The position numbers were made by a program, and so were the translations under genes. The notes under the pieces were generated by a model. The model was not told the origin of the DNA and did not search any database. It was given only the letters and a program-made list of their open reading frames with translations. Shown here in pieces: positions 1 to 8,692 of a stretch of DNA of 64,000 bases (position 1 is its first letter; each line of letters starts with the position of its first letter). Source of the DNA: a bacterium (GTDB taxonomy: Bacteria > Patescibacteriota > Patescibacteriia > HK-STAS-PATE-3); NCBI GenBank assembly GCA_043800725.1, contig JAZDMR010000011.1, positions 21,369 to 85,368 on the forward strand, written 5' to 3'.

Positions 1-28
1 GTAGGTGATTCTACGATAACTAGGTGTT

Positions 29-274
29 TTGGCATTAAACTTTTTGTTAGCACTGACTGGTTATGTACCAGGGTTTGCCTATATTCGTCAAGTCCCCAAA
101 TTAATTGACCAAGTCAATGTGGGTGTATTTATTAATGTTTTTATATTATTTGAGGTGATCCTTATAGAAGGGATATTTGCTTTCTTGACAAAGTTTTTCA
201 AAGTTTTGCCAATCTTTTTTGGTAGCTTTATTTCTCCACCATTTGGATTTTTCGAAAGAAAATCCTTGCATTAA
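29..274 (+). CDS. hypothetical small hydrophobic protein (window edge; weak)
   Basis: 81-aa ORF, hydrophobic composition; no recognizable motif. Confidence 0.2.
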   Translation: MALNFLLALTGYVPGFAYIRQVPKLIDQVNVGVFINVFILFEVILIEGIFAFLTKFFKVLPIFFGSFISPPFGFFERKSLH

Positions 275-342
275 GATCTCTCCGAGCTGGGGGCTAATCC
301 TTTTTTTATTTATTAGATAGGCAACTAGTTCCGAGTGATTTA

Positions 343-885
343 TTAAAGAATGTATGGTAATTTTTGTTCGCTGATAATAGGGATCCAGGGCATTTCGGCG
401 CTGAATAAATTAATTACGTTATTACAGACCAAACCTTCTTTTCGAATATTTTGAATCATTTGTTTTTTAGTTTGGCCGTGGCCCGAAGCATCATCAATTA
501 ATGCAATACGCCAATTAGGCTGGTAAGATCCTTCAATTACATTACGTTCACCTTTTATACCCCTCTTATCGCGTAGACAAAGAAATGGAAGGCCAGTTTG
601 TTGTGAAACAGAGACTGCTAGTGGTGTGCCCGCAGTAGGTGCTCCGCAGACCGCATCGATAGGCAGACGTTTAGCAATCTGACCCAGCGTTTTTCCAAAC
701 AAGTTTAAAATCTTGGGATCCGAATACATCCTACGTGAAGCAATATACATGCAGTAAAATCTATCCTGAGCACCATAAAATTTCCCCGGCATTAGGAAAG
801 GGAAATCGGAAAATAACTTCAGAAGCTGCTTCTTATATTTGGGGCTAGCGGTCATATTAGTTGAGAATATATTTTGAATTACCAA
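343..885 (-). CDS. type I phosphoribosyltransferase (orotate PRTase-like)
   Basis: PRPP-binding motif 'RIALIDDASGHGQT' and 'VCGAPTAGTPLA' typical of type I PRTases. Confidence 0.6.
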   Translation of the reverse strand: MVIQNIFSTNMTASPKYKKQLLKLFSDFPFLMPGKFYGAQDRFYCMYIASRRMYSDPKILNLFGKTLGQIAKRLPIDAVCGAPTAGTPLAVSVSQQTGLPFLCLRDKRGIKGERNVIEGSYQPNWRIALIDDASGHGQTKKQMIQNIRKEGLVCNNVINLFSAEMPWIPIISEQKLPYIL

Positions 886-1966
886 TGTTCCGAAGATAAC
901 CTTTGACCTCCAAATGCGTACACATGGCGATTATTTGGTTACTATTAATTTTACTCTTCTCGATGACTTGGTCAACATGAATAGGATCGCTGCTAAATAG
1001 TTGAAGTATTTGTCGCTCCCGATCTGTTAATGCTTGGCGTGAAAACGATGAGTTTGGTTTATGAACTGTGATTTGTAGAGCATTTAGAACATCTTGAGGA
1101 TCGGTAATCACAGCTGCACCTTCCTTGATCAGATAATTAGTACCCATAGCTTGAGGATTAGTAATCGAACCTGGCACGGCCATAACTTCGCGGTTAGCCT
1201 CTAGGGCATAGCGGGCGGTTATTAAGGCGCCTGATTTTTGACCGGCCTCGATAACCAGGGTACCAGCTGATAGTCCAGCGATAATCCTGTTTCTGAGTGG
1301 AAATTGGTAGCTTAAGGGTTGAGTCTGGGGCGGGTATTCAGATAGCCAGCCGCCGCCTTGTTCAATAATCGATTCAGCCAAGTATTGATTCGTGCTGGGA
1401 TAGATATGATCCACCCCGGAAGCGAATACGGCAATAGTCCTTCCAGAAGCATCCAAAGTAGCTTGATGGGCTGCGGCATCAATACCCAGAGCCAGACCGG
1501 AAATAATTATTATTCCCTGGCTGGCTAGGGGTTTAATTAGCCGGTCGGTTATAGTAGCGCCAAGATTGGAAGGGATGCGCGTGCCAACTACTGAAAGACA
1601 GGGGCCGGCAGGCAGCTGGCCTTTTAAATAGAGTACGGACGGCGGGGCCGGGCTTTGCCTGAGCAGCTCAGGATAGTCATTATCTGGCAGGAGCAAGGTT
1701 TTGATTTGAAGCTGAGCTAATCGTTCTAAAAAGTCATCAGGATTAAATGTTGGCCTGATAAGGTTGATTTGTTTTAAGGTTGGTTTATTTAATCCCAATC
1801 GCGACAGCTGGTCGATTGAGCAATGCCAAGCCTTAGCCATCAGCTGAAAATAATCATTAAGCAGCTTAAAAGTTCCCGGTCCTATTCCGGGTATGGCGGA
1901 CCAGGCAATCCAGTACTTGCGCTCGTCTGGTGCTAGGTTTGAGGGTTGTTTTATGCGATTAAACAA
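857..1966 (-). CDS. dprA: DNA processing protein DprA (Smf)
   Basis: Rossmann-like motif 'ISGLALGIDAAAHQATL', 369 aa, C-terminal winged-helix-like region. Confidence 0.85.
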   Translation of the reverse strand: MFNRIKQPSNLAPDERKYWIAWSAIPGIGPGTFKLLNDYFQLMAKAWHCSIDQLSRLGLNKPTLKQINLIRPTFNPDDFLERLAQLQIKTLLLPDNDYPELLRQSPAPPSVLYLKGQLPAGPCLSVVGTRIPSNLGATITDRLIKPLASQGIIIISGLALGIDAAAHQATLDASGRTIAVFASGVDHIYPSTNQYLAESIIEQGGGWLSEYPPQTQPLSYQFPLRNRIIAGLSAGTLVIEAGQKSGALITARYALEANREVMAVPGSITNPQAMGTNYLIKEGAAVITDPQDVLNALQITVHKPNSSFSRQALTDRERQILQLFSSDPIHVDQVIEKSKINSNQIIAMCTHLEVKGYLRNIGNSKYILN

Positions 1967-2145
1967 AAATGGCCTTTCTAAGTCGCCACCTGTTTAACAA
2001 GTTATCAATAAATTATTAGTTGGTCAATCTGTTGAAGAAAAAAATTTCGCACAGGCAAAGATTTTCACCGCCGTACGGGATCCCGCTTCCTCATATTATT
2101 TTAATTTGTAGCGGGGGATCTTTGCTTAAAAAACCACCCAGGATC

Positions 2146-2164
2146 ACCCCCGATCAAGTCGGGG
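2146..2164 (-). terminator. hairpin CCCCCGA-tcaagt-TCGGGGG downstream of the Nramp-like gene
   Basis: perfect 7-bp GC-rich stem immediately 3' of the minus-strand CDS end (2217); the T-tract is not adjacent. Confidence 0.3.
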
Positions 2165-2216
2165 GCCGGACTATGCGGTTTAAGAGATGGGAATAGCTAT
2201 GCGTATAAGGATTGAT

Positions 2217-3617
2217 TTAGCTGAACTGATTAATAATTACTCGAATCGCGAAGTAGATGAAGAATATGGAAATGCCGGACATAATGATATTGGTCAGCCA
2301 GTTTGGCCTCAAGGGTTTGGGCAGGCGAGTATTGTTTAAATAAATCAGGAAAGGCGTATAAATAGCCATGGTTAAGCCGCCCAAGACCGCGGAAATAACC
2401 AGCAGCGTTAATGGTTGCTCCAAAGGCAATAATGCGGCTCCGATTATCACTACCGCGACAATGATTGTGTAATATAGCCGGCTAAGAGAGATGTTTTTTA
2501 ACCAAGATAGTTTACTGGAAAACGGACCGACTCGCGAGTTGGTATACAAAATATTGCTGACGATTCTTGTTAGTGCATCGATCACGGTCCACATGACCGA
2601 GAAGAGCATCAAGAAAGCCATGATCAGGAAAAGATAATAGCCGACCTGTCCCCAATTATCACTAAATATTTTAGCCTGGGTCACAGCCACATCCAGACCT
2701 TCTGGCACCAGGCCCTGAGGCGTCAAGACCACATAAGCGTTAACGCTGAGCAATATCAAAGTAATCAAACCTAACAGCCAGAAAATAATGCCCTGGTCGA
2801 CCCGGACGTATCTCATCCAGCCTTTCCAGCGGCGCAAATTTTTTTCATTAGGCTCAAAGGTAAAGCCGGTCGGTTCGACAGCTTCGGATTTGCCAGTGAT
2901 TGGGTTTTCAATCCTGCCAACATACTTAGCCATACCCAGCTGCTTATCCCGATACCATAGCGATACGGCCAGATTAAGCATGCCGCCAGCCCCGGCAAAC
3001 ACCACGGCGCTTAATAGCAAATTAATGTCTATGCCCTCGGGGATATGCCCGAAATTTACCAAGCCCTTGAATGTTTCTACCAGATCAGATCCGGATAAGT
3101 TGAAAAAGCTGATGGTTAGCAACATCACAAAAAAAACAGGGACAGTTATTTTTAAAGATTTTTCCAGCATGGCGTAGGCGGCCCGTCCGCTAAAAGTCAG
3201 CACCAAAACCAGGGCCAGAGTAATCCAGGACCACATCAAATGACTGCCAAAACCAAACAGCTCGCGTAGCAGAGTGCCGATTGAGCTGGCCCAGCCCGGC
3301 CAGATATACAGCAAAATAGCGGAAAAAAACCAAAAAACGGTTGACCATTTTAATACCCGTGCCGAAGTAGCAAAAAAGCCTTCACCAGTAGCTAGGGCAT
3401 GGCGAGCTACTTCCTGGTTGATGAAATATTGAAAACTAATTCCTAAAAGAGCCAGCCAAAGCAGACCCAAGCCGAATTTGGTAATTAAATGCGGCCAGAT
3501 TATTAGCTCGCCAGTGCCGATAGCCAAGCCCATAACCACCACCCCGACACCCAAAGCCTTGGTCCAGTTTGGCGGTGCGGGAAGTTCTCGTTTTTCTAAT
3601 GGAGGATAGCGACCCAT
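2217..3617 (-). CDS. Nramp-family (MntH-like) divalent metal transporter homolog, divergent
   Basis: 466-aa polytopic membrane protein; TM1/TM2 region resembles Nramp (LLW...L...Q...A..ATG) but the DPGN motif is replaced by GTGE. Confidence 0.45.
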   Translation of the reverse strand: MGRYPPLEKRELPAPPNWTKALGVGVVVMGLAIGTGELIIWPHLITKFGLGLLWLALLGISFQYFINQEVARHALATGEGFFATSARVLKWSTVFWFFSAILLYIWPGWASSIGTLLRELFGFGSHLMWSWITLALVLVLTFSGRAAYAMLEKSLKITVPVFFVMLLTISFFNLSGSDLVETFKGLVNFGHIPEGIDINLLLSAVVFAGAGGMLNLAVSLWYRDKQLGMAKYVGRIENPITGKSEAVEPTGFTFEPNEKNLRRWKGWMRYVRVDQGIIFWLLGLITLILLSVNAYVVLTPQGLVPEGLDVAVTQAKIFSDNWGQVGYYLFLIMAFLMLFSVMWTVIDALTRIVSNILYTNSRVGPFSSKLSWLKNISLSRLYYTIIVAVVIIGAALLPLEQPLTLLVISAVLGGLTMAIYTPFLIYLNNTRLPKPLRPNWLTNIIMSGISIFFIYFAIRVIINQFS

Positions 3618-3682
3618 TTATTTTTACAGTATAGCTAAACTGGCTAATTCTTAATTAGTATACACTGGAAATTGGCTGGAGG

Positions 3683-6600
3683 CTAATTGTCTTTGGGTAG
3701 CTGAAGCTTGGCAACTATTTTTTGCAGGGTTTTTAGCCAGTCAACATCCAAGGCGTTCTTATCGATCTTCGCTTGGTCGCCCATAAAGGACCACTCGGTG
3801 GCGAATTTCTTCAGGATTTTCATGGTGTCAACAGAGACCTTGCTGGCGAATTTCAATAAAATTCTTTCTTTAGGCAAGCCATCTACAGAAATTTTTGAGG
3901 CGGTTAAATGGGTCAGGTCGGTATGCTGGGACAAAATTTTAATTTTTAAAACTTCAAATAAATTGCTTAGGCTTTTTGGCAAGTCAACGCCGCGGAACTC
4001 TTTGTTGATAAAAGCGGTCAAATCTTGTTCAGTAGTTAGACCCGCCAGCTGCTGATAAATCTTTAAACGTCTCGGCTCGCTAGGCACCAAAGTTTGCGGA
4101 ATACCGATTTCAACGGGCAGATCAATTTGTACGTCTCGCAGCGGTCTAGGGATTGCTCCGGTTTTGTATTCATCAATAGCTTGGGCCAGCAGCCTGGTAT
4201 ACAGGGCCAGACCAATAGCCGCAACCTTGCCGTGCTGTTCGCGGCCCAACAAGTTGCCGGTGCCCCTGATTTCCAGATCCCGGAGAGCGATTTGAAAACC
4301 AGAGCCGAGCTCTTTGGCTTCCAAAAGCGCTTGCAGGCGTTTACGGGCTGAATCATTCAGCTTGTTTGCGTGGTATAAGAAATAGGCATAAGCCTGGCGC
4401 TTACTGCGTCCGACCCGGCCCCTGAGCTGATATAATTGCGCCAGGCCGAACTTAGGCGAGTTATCAACGATTAGGGTATTTACATTAGGCAGGTCCAGTC
4501 CGCTTTCAATAATTGTCGAGCAAACCAGGAGGTTAGTTTTTTTATTGTCAAAATCGGACATTGAACGAGCCAAGGTTTCCTCGGCCATTTGCCCGTGAGC
4601 AATGCCGATTTTGGCTTGGGGCACCAGCTTTTGTAATCTTTGGGCGGCTAACTCGATTGTTTCCACATTATTATAGAGATAATAGATCTGGCCCTTGCGC
4701 TTAAGTTCCCGCTCAATTGCTTTAATGACAATTGCGTCTTCATAGGGCTTGATAATTGTTTCAATCGGTAAGCGCCCCTCGGGAGGCGTTTCGATAACGC
4801 TGATGTCTCTTAAGCCAGACAGAGCGAAATTCAGAGTGCGAGGAATAGGCGTGGCTGTCAGGGTCAAAATGTGGGCCTGGGTGCGCAAGCGCTTAAGTTG
4901 TTCCTTATGTCGCACGCCGAATCTCTGCTCCTCGTCGATAATAATCAGGCCTAAGTCGCGAAAGATGATATCCGGTGAAAGCAAGCGATGCGTGCCGATA
5001 ATAATATCAACATCGCGAGTGCGCAGTTTGCGGACCACCTCACCCTGTTCTTTATCGGAGCGAAAACGCGAAAGTATTTCTATTTTTACATTAATACCTT
5101 TAAGTCTTTGCTGAAAAGTATCATAGTGCTGCTGAGTTAAAATAGTAGTGGGCGAGAGCAAAGCGACTTGTTTGCCGTTCAGCACCGCTTTTAGGGCCGC
5201 CCGGATAGCCACTTCAGTTTTACCAAAACCTACGTCTCCGCAAACCAAGCGATCCATAGGCTTGCTCTTGGACAGATCTTCCATTACCTCATCGATCACG
5301 TGAGACTGGTCAGTAGTTAGCTCATAAGCAAATGAGTCAGCTAACTCACGCTCTTCCGGGAAAGTCTGGCTAAATGCCGCCGCTTTTGACGTATCGCGCT
5401 GAGCATAAAGCTGAAGCAGCTCCTGGGCGATTTTTGAGGCTTCTTCGCGTATTTTGTGGGTTATCTGATACCAATTGCTGCCGGACAAGCGATGGAGCTT
5501 CGGCTGGGCCAGGCCAAAATATTTAGTAATTTTTTCCGCAGATTCGACCGGCACAAAAAGCTTATCGCTCTCAGCATATTCAATCACAAAGTATTCTTTG
5601 GTGATGTCATCGATTTTATTTGAGGTCATGCCAGTAAACTGTCCAATGCCGTGATCTAAGTGAACAACGAAGTCGCCCATCCTGAGTTCAGCAATAAAAA
5701 CCGAAGCACTGACTCGCGGACCTTGTTTTTCCGGCTTAGCCTCAACTTTTTCGCCGAAGATGTCCGTGTCCGCAAACACACTTATTTTTTCCTGATCGTT
5801 GCGCCAACCGTAAATTATCTGTCCGGGCGCGGGTTTTAAAAAGGTGAGCAGATCAAGCTTTTTACTTTGAAACAGCTTGGCTAGAGAGTGCTTATGTTCA
5901 GTAATGATTTGGATTTCAAAACCGGTCTTTTGCAGTTTTTTAATATCATCAGTAAATTGGTTCAGGTGATTATGATAAAGTTTTTGAGATTGGAAATCAT
6001 AAGCCAGCGATTTCTGAGTGCCAAAGGTATAAAAAGTGATTTGTTTGAAGTGACTGAGCTGCTGAGAATATTTAGGCCAGTCTTGATCAAGCTCCTGAAA
6101 GCTCTCAGGATCAGAACTGATAACAATTGTTTTTTCTGAAGGCAGATAATCAAAAACTGAAGCGCTCATAGCGGTATTATTAAGCTTGATAGGCAGGATT
6201 GTAATAGTATTTTGAGCAGTTCCCGTACGTCGGGTAGTAATAGTAACTGGTTTGATTGAATCAATCTTAGAACCAACAAATTCCAGCCGTAATGGCTTAT
6301 TAAGCTGAGGTGAATATATATCCACAATACCCCCTCGCCGAGAATAGGTGCCTGGGCTGTCAGCTTGAGTTTCCTGTGCGTAGCCTATTTTTATGAGATG
6401 CTCTGCTAATCGGATTAAATCGTATTCTTGACCAGCATTAAGTTTCAAAGTAGCTTGCTGCAAAACGGTAGGCGAAGGAAAAGGATAATGCATAATTGGC
6501 AAAGACAGAATAGTAACTCCCGACCGGCCCTTGGCTAAGTTGGATAAAGCCTGAACATTGGAAGGCTCAAGATCAGTTATCGGTACTGGCTTCTTTAATA

Positions 6601-6814
6601 TCTCCCCCCAGAATTTAAGCTGATGAAAAAGCTCTTCTCCTTCGCGGATGTTTCGGACCAACCATAAAACCACCCAGTCTTTGGCCATTAACGGCAAAGC
6701 CTGAGACATCAACCAAGCTTTAGCAGAGCTATTAGTAAGTCCGGAAAGCTCGGTTTGGCTTTCCTTTTTGATAAGTTCGGCAATAGCCGAACCAGGTGTT
6801 TTGGTACGGTTCAC
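3683..6814 (-). CDS. mfd: transcription-repair coupling factor Mfd
   Basis: 1043 aa; Walker A 'GDVGFGKTEVA', DEEQ helicase motif, 'LTATPIPRTL', TRG-like motif. Confidence 0.9.
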   Translation of the reverse strand: MNRTKTPGSAIAELIKKESQTELSGLTNSSAKAWLMSQALPLMAKDWVVLWLVRNIREGEELFHQLKFWGEILKKPVPITDLEPSNVQALSNLAKGRSGVTILSLPIMHYPFPSPTVLQQATLKLNAGQEYDLIRLAEHLIKIGYAQETQADSPGTYSRRGGIVDIYSPQLNKPLRLEFVGSKIDSIKPVTITTRRTGTAQNTITILPIKLNNTAMSASVFDYLPSEKTIVISSDPESFQELDQDWPKYSQQLSHFKQITFYTFGTQKSLAYDFQSQKLYHNHLNQFTDDIKKLQKTGFEIQIITEHKHSLAKLFQSKKLDLLTFLKPAPGQIIYGWRNDQEKISVFADTDIFGEKVEAKPEKQGPRVSASVFIAELRMGDFVVHLDHGIGQFTGMTSNKIDDITKEYFVIEYAESDKLFVPVESAEKITKYFGLAQPKLHRLSGSNWYQITHKIREEASKIAQELLQLYAQRDTSKAAAFSQTFPEERELADSFAYELTTDQSHVIDEVMEDLSKSKPMDRLVCGDVGFGKTEVAIRAALKAVLNGKQVALLSPTTILTQQHYDTFQQRLKGINVKIEILSRFRSDKEQGEVVRKLRTRDVDIIIGTHRLLSPDIIFRDLGLIIIDEEQRFGVRHKEQLKRLRTQAHILTLTATPIPRTLNFALSGLRDISVIETPPEGRLPIETIIKPYEDAIVIKAIERELKRKGQIYYLYNNVETIELAAQRLQKLVPQAKIGIAHGQMAEETLARSMSDFDNKKTNLLVCSTIIESGLDLPNVNTLIVDNSPKFGLAQLYQLRGRVGRSKRQAYAYFLYHANKLNDSARKRLQALLEAKELGSGFQIALRDLEIRGTGNLLGREQHGKVAAIGLALYTRLLAQAIDEYKTGAIPRPLRDVQIDLPVEIGIPQTLVPSEPRRLKIYQQLAGLTTEQDLTAFINKEFRGVDLPKSLSNLFEVLKIKILSQHTDLTHLTASKISVDGLPKERILLKFASKVSVDTMKILKKFATEWSFMGDQAKIDKNALDVDWLKTLQKIVAKLQLPKDN

Positions 6815-7115
6815 TTAAGATAGATAATTGATACTCAAACAAACAAAGTCATTCGCATCTCATGCGTTCATATACAAGTATAGCGCAGATAGGCGATTTT
6901 GGCAATATCTGCCTAAAAAGGGCTTGACATAGCAGAAAACATGTGTTATCGTTGCCAGTTACTTTAAAAATCTCATGCTTAGCACGCTATTGATAAGTTG
7001 CGAACTAACTGCGACCCCTCCTTAGCAGTTATAGTAGCTTAAAGTTAAGGTCTAAACTGTTTTCAGCTTAAATCTTACGCTTATCAGTAGCGTAGTGGGT
7101 GTGAGATTTTGTGTC

Positions 7116-7144
7116 TTGACTCTCTAGCAATAATCAGATAAATT
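7116..7144 (+). promoter_or_regulatory. sigma70-like promoter TTGACT-17-TAAATT upstream of the tRNA cluster
   Basis: hexamers read directly from the sequence, 17-nt spacer, about 60 nt upstream of the first tRNA. Confidence 0.35.
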
Positions 7145-7206
7145 CAGTCAGCGTGGTTTTGTTACCATGCCAAGTTCGTTTGATTATAGTAGCGCAATCG
7201 TCTGGT

Positions 7207-7337
7207 GAGGGGTGTAGCTCAGTTCGGTAGAGTGCAAGACTGTGGATCTTGAAGTCGGTGGTTCTCTCGCATTGCCGCGGGATCCCGCAATCGTTGTTTA
7301 AATAATGGGGTGCGGGAAAATCCGTTCACCCTTCCCA
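7207..7337 (+). tRNA. tRNA-His(GTG) carrying a roughly 58-nt insertion in the T-arm (possible intron, inserted element or pseudogene)
   Basis: G-1, acceptor AGGGGTG/CACCCTT, C73 and encoded CCA; D-arm and anticodon arm (loop CTGTGGA) canonical; after GGTGGTTC a hairpin-containing insert (ATTGCCGCGGGATCCCGCAAT) precedes the 3' acceptor. Confidence 0.5.
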
Positions 7338-7355
7338 AGTTCTTTGTAAATTTAT

Positions 7356-7431
7356 GCGCCGGTAGCTCAATGTTTGGTAGAGCGGCCGATTCTTAATCGG
7401 CAGGTTGTGGGATCGAGCCCCACCTGGCGCA
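7356..7431 (+). tRNA. tRNA-Lys(CTT)
   Basis: acceptor GCGCCGG/CTGGCGC, D-arm GCTC..GAGC, anticodon loop TTCTTAA, T-arm GTGGG-ATCGAGC-CCCAC, discriminator A, no encoded CCA. Confidence 0.85.
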
Positions 7432-7454
7432 CAGTTTATCATTACAGATCGGTT

Positions 7455-7533
7455 TCGGGGGGTGGAGTTGCGACTGGTACAACGTCAAGGCAGTCTGTCC
7501 TGACGACACTTGCCGAGCTCGAGGGCCCCCCGA
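7455..7533 (+). repeat. tRNA-like structured spacer element, copy 1 (TCGGGGGG...CCCCCCGA closing stem)
   Basis: about 75% identical to the element at 7674-7751; contains a D-arm-like GTTG-CGACTGGTA-CAAC hairpin. Confidence 0.6.
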
Positions 7534-7582
7534 TCTATCTTCTCCGAAGTTTCTACATGGAGTGGCGCTACAGTTTTAGAGG

Positions 7583-7668
7583 GCTGACGTAGCTCAGATG
7601 GTAGAGCATCGGCAAGTACTGGAAGGGAAAGCCGAGGGTCACGAGTTCGAGTCTCGTCGTCAGCTCCA
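7583..7668 (+). tRNA. tRNA of undetermined identity with a 17-nt anticodon loop (10-nt insertion)
   Basis: perfect acceptor (GCTGACG/CGTCAGC), D, anticodon-stem (TCGGC/GCCGA) and T arms plus encoded CCA, but the loop between the anticodon stem halves is AAGTACTGGAAGGGAAA. Confidence 0.55.
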
Positions 7669-7673
7669 GTTTG

Positions 7674-7751
7674 TCGGGGGCTAAAGTTACGACAGGTATA
7701 CCGTTGGGGCAATCTGCCCTGACGCCACTTGCCGAACTCGATGCCCCCCGA
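7674..7751 (+). repeat. tRNA-like structured spacer element, copy 2
   Basis: homologous to 7455-7533; TCGGGGG...CCCCCCGA closing stem. Confidence 0.6.
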
Positions 7752-7771
7752 CCAGATCTTTCAAAGTATTC

Positions 7772-7890
7772 GCGGGAATAGCTCAGTGGCTAGAGCGGCT
7801 GACTTTTAATCAGTAGGTTGGGGGTTCTCCGCCACCGAAAGTAGGAATAGTTGGCGGATCAGCCTCAAGCCGAGAGTCCCATTTCCCGTA
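7772..7890 (+). tRNA. tRNA-Lys(TTT) carrying a roughly 43-nt insertion in the T-arm region
   Basis: acceptor GCGGGAA paired with TTCCCGT (G1-U72), canonical D-arm and anticodon loop CTTTTAA; after GGGGGTTC a hairpin (TCCGCCA..TGGCGGA) insert precedes GAGTCCCA and the acceptor 3' strand. Confidence 0.45.
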
Positions 7891-8158
7891 CAAGTTTCCA
7901 TCCTCCTCAAGGTGGATCCCGAGTGCCGTTGCTTAAACTTTTCCTTGGTTGATTCCTCGGACCAGTTGAAGCACGGCGCTTTTTCTTTTATCTCAATATA
8001 GCTAGATATTTTGATATGTTAAATAAATAACAAGAAACAATATCAAAATACAAACAATATTCAATAACTAATTACCAAGTCCCCCAACTGTTTGATCTAT
8101 CGGAGCTTGAATATTGTGGCTTGCTTGTTATTTGATTATTAGATTTTGTTAATTATTT

Positions 8159-8692
8159 TTACTGCGTCCACTTAAGCAGGAAATCGACAATCGGTTGAAC
8201 AGTTTGCTCTATCTGCTTTTGTTGCTCCTCAGTAAATTTTTGCAGAACATAATCTTCGGCCGGGATGCCCAGTTCTCGGTTGGAGCCGATACCGATGCGC
8301 AAGCGATAAAAGTCCTGAGTGCCAAGCTTGGCGACAATTGACTCAACGCCATTATGCCCGGCCGTACCTCGGTCTTGAGCTGGTCTTAATTCGCCCGGCG
8401 GTAGATCCAGATCGTCATGGATGATCAGGAGGTCTTTTAAAGCCAATCGATAGAAACGGACCATCTCACCGACTGCCTCGCCGGATCTATTCATAAATGT
8501 TTGAGGTTTCATGAAAAACCAGTGATGGGCCGGGTCGTCATTGCGGGTGATCTCTGCTTCGAATTTTTTATTGAAAGAAAAAGGCGCCAGGGATAAATAT
8601 TCTACCAGCTGATCAACCGCCCAAAAGCCGACGTTGTGGCGCGTGTCATCATATTGTTTCCCGGGATTGCCCAGGCCGACGATAAGTTTCAT
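8159..8692 (-). CDS. pth: peptidyl-tRNA hydrolase
   Basis: N-terminal 'MKLIVGLGNPGKQYDDTRHNVGF' signature. Confidence 0.9.
   Translation of the reverse strand: MKLIVGLGNPGKQYDDTRHNVGFWAVDQLVEYLSLAPFSFNKKFEAEITRNDDPAHHWFFMKPQTFMNRSGEAVGEMVRFYRLALKDLLIIHDDLDLPPGELRPAQDRGTAGHNGVESIVAKLGTQDFYRLRIGIGSNRELGIPAEDYVLQKFTEEQQKQIEQTVQPIVDFLLKWTQ

Noticed and set aside
2788-3177. 129-aa and 61-aa ORFs on either strand inside the Nramp-like gene
   Set aside because: They are embedded in or antisense to a much longer ORF with a convincing membrane-transporter profile, and they have S/P/R-rich compositions typical of out-of-frame translation.
3708-6153. several 63-121-aa ORFs inside or antisense to mfd
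   Set aside because: They lie within the 1043-aa Mfd ORF, which carries clear helicase motifs, and they show no motifs and biased composition.
7374-7712. ORFs 7374-7592(+) and 7485-7712(-)
   Set aside because: They run across tRNA genes and the tRNA-like spacers; their G/R-rich translations are artefacts of structured RNA sequence.
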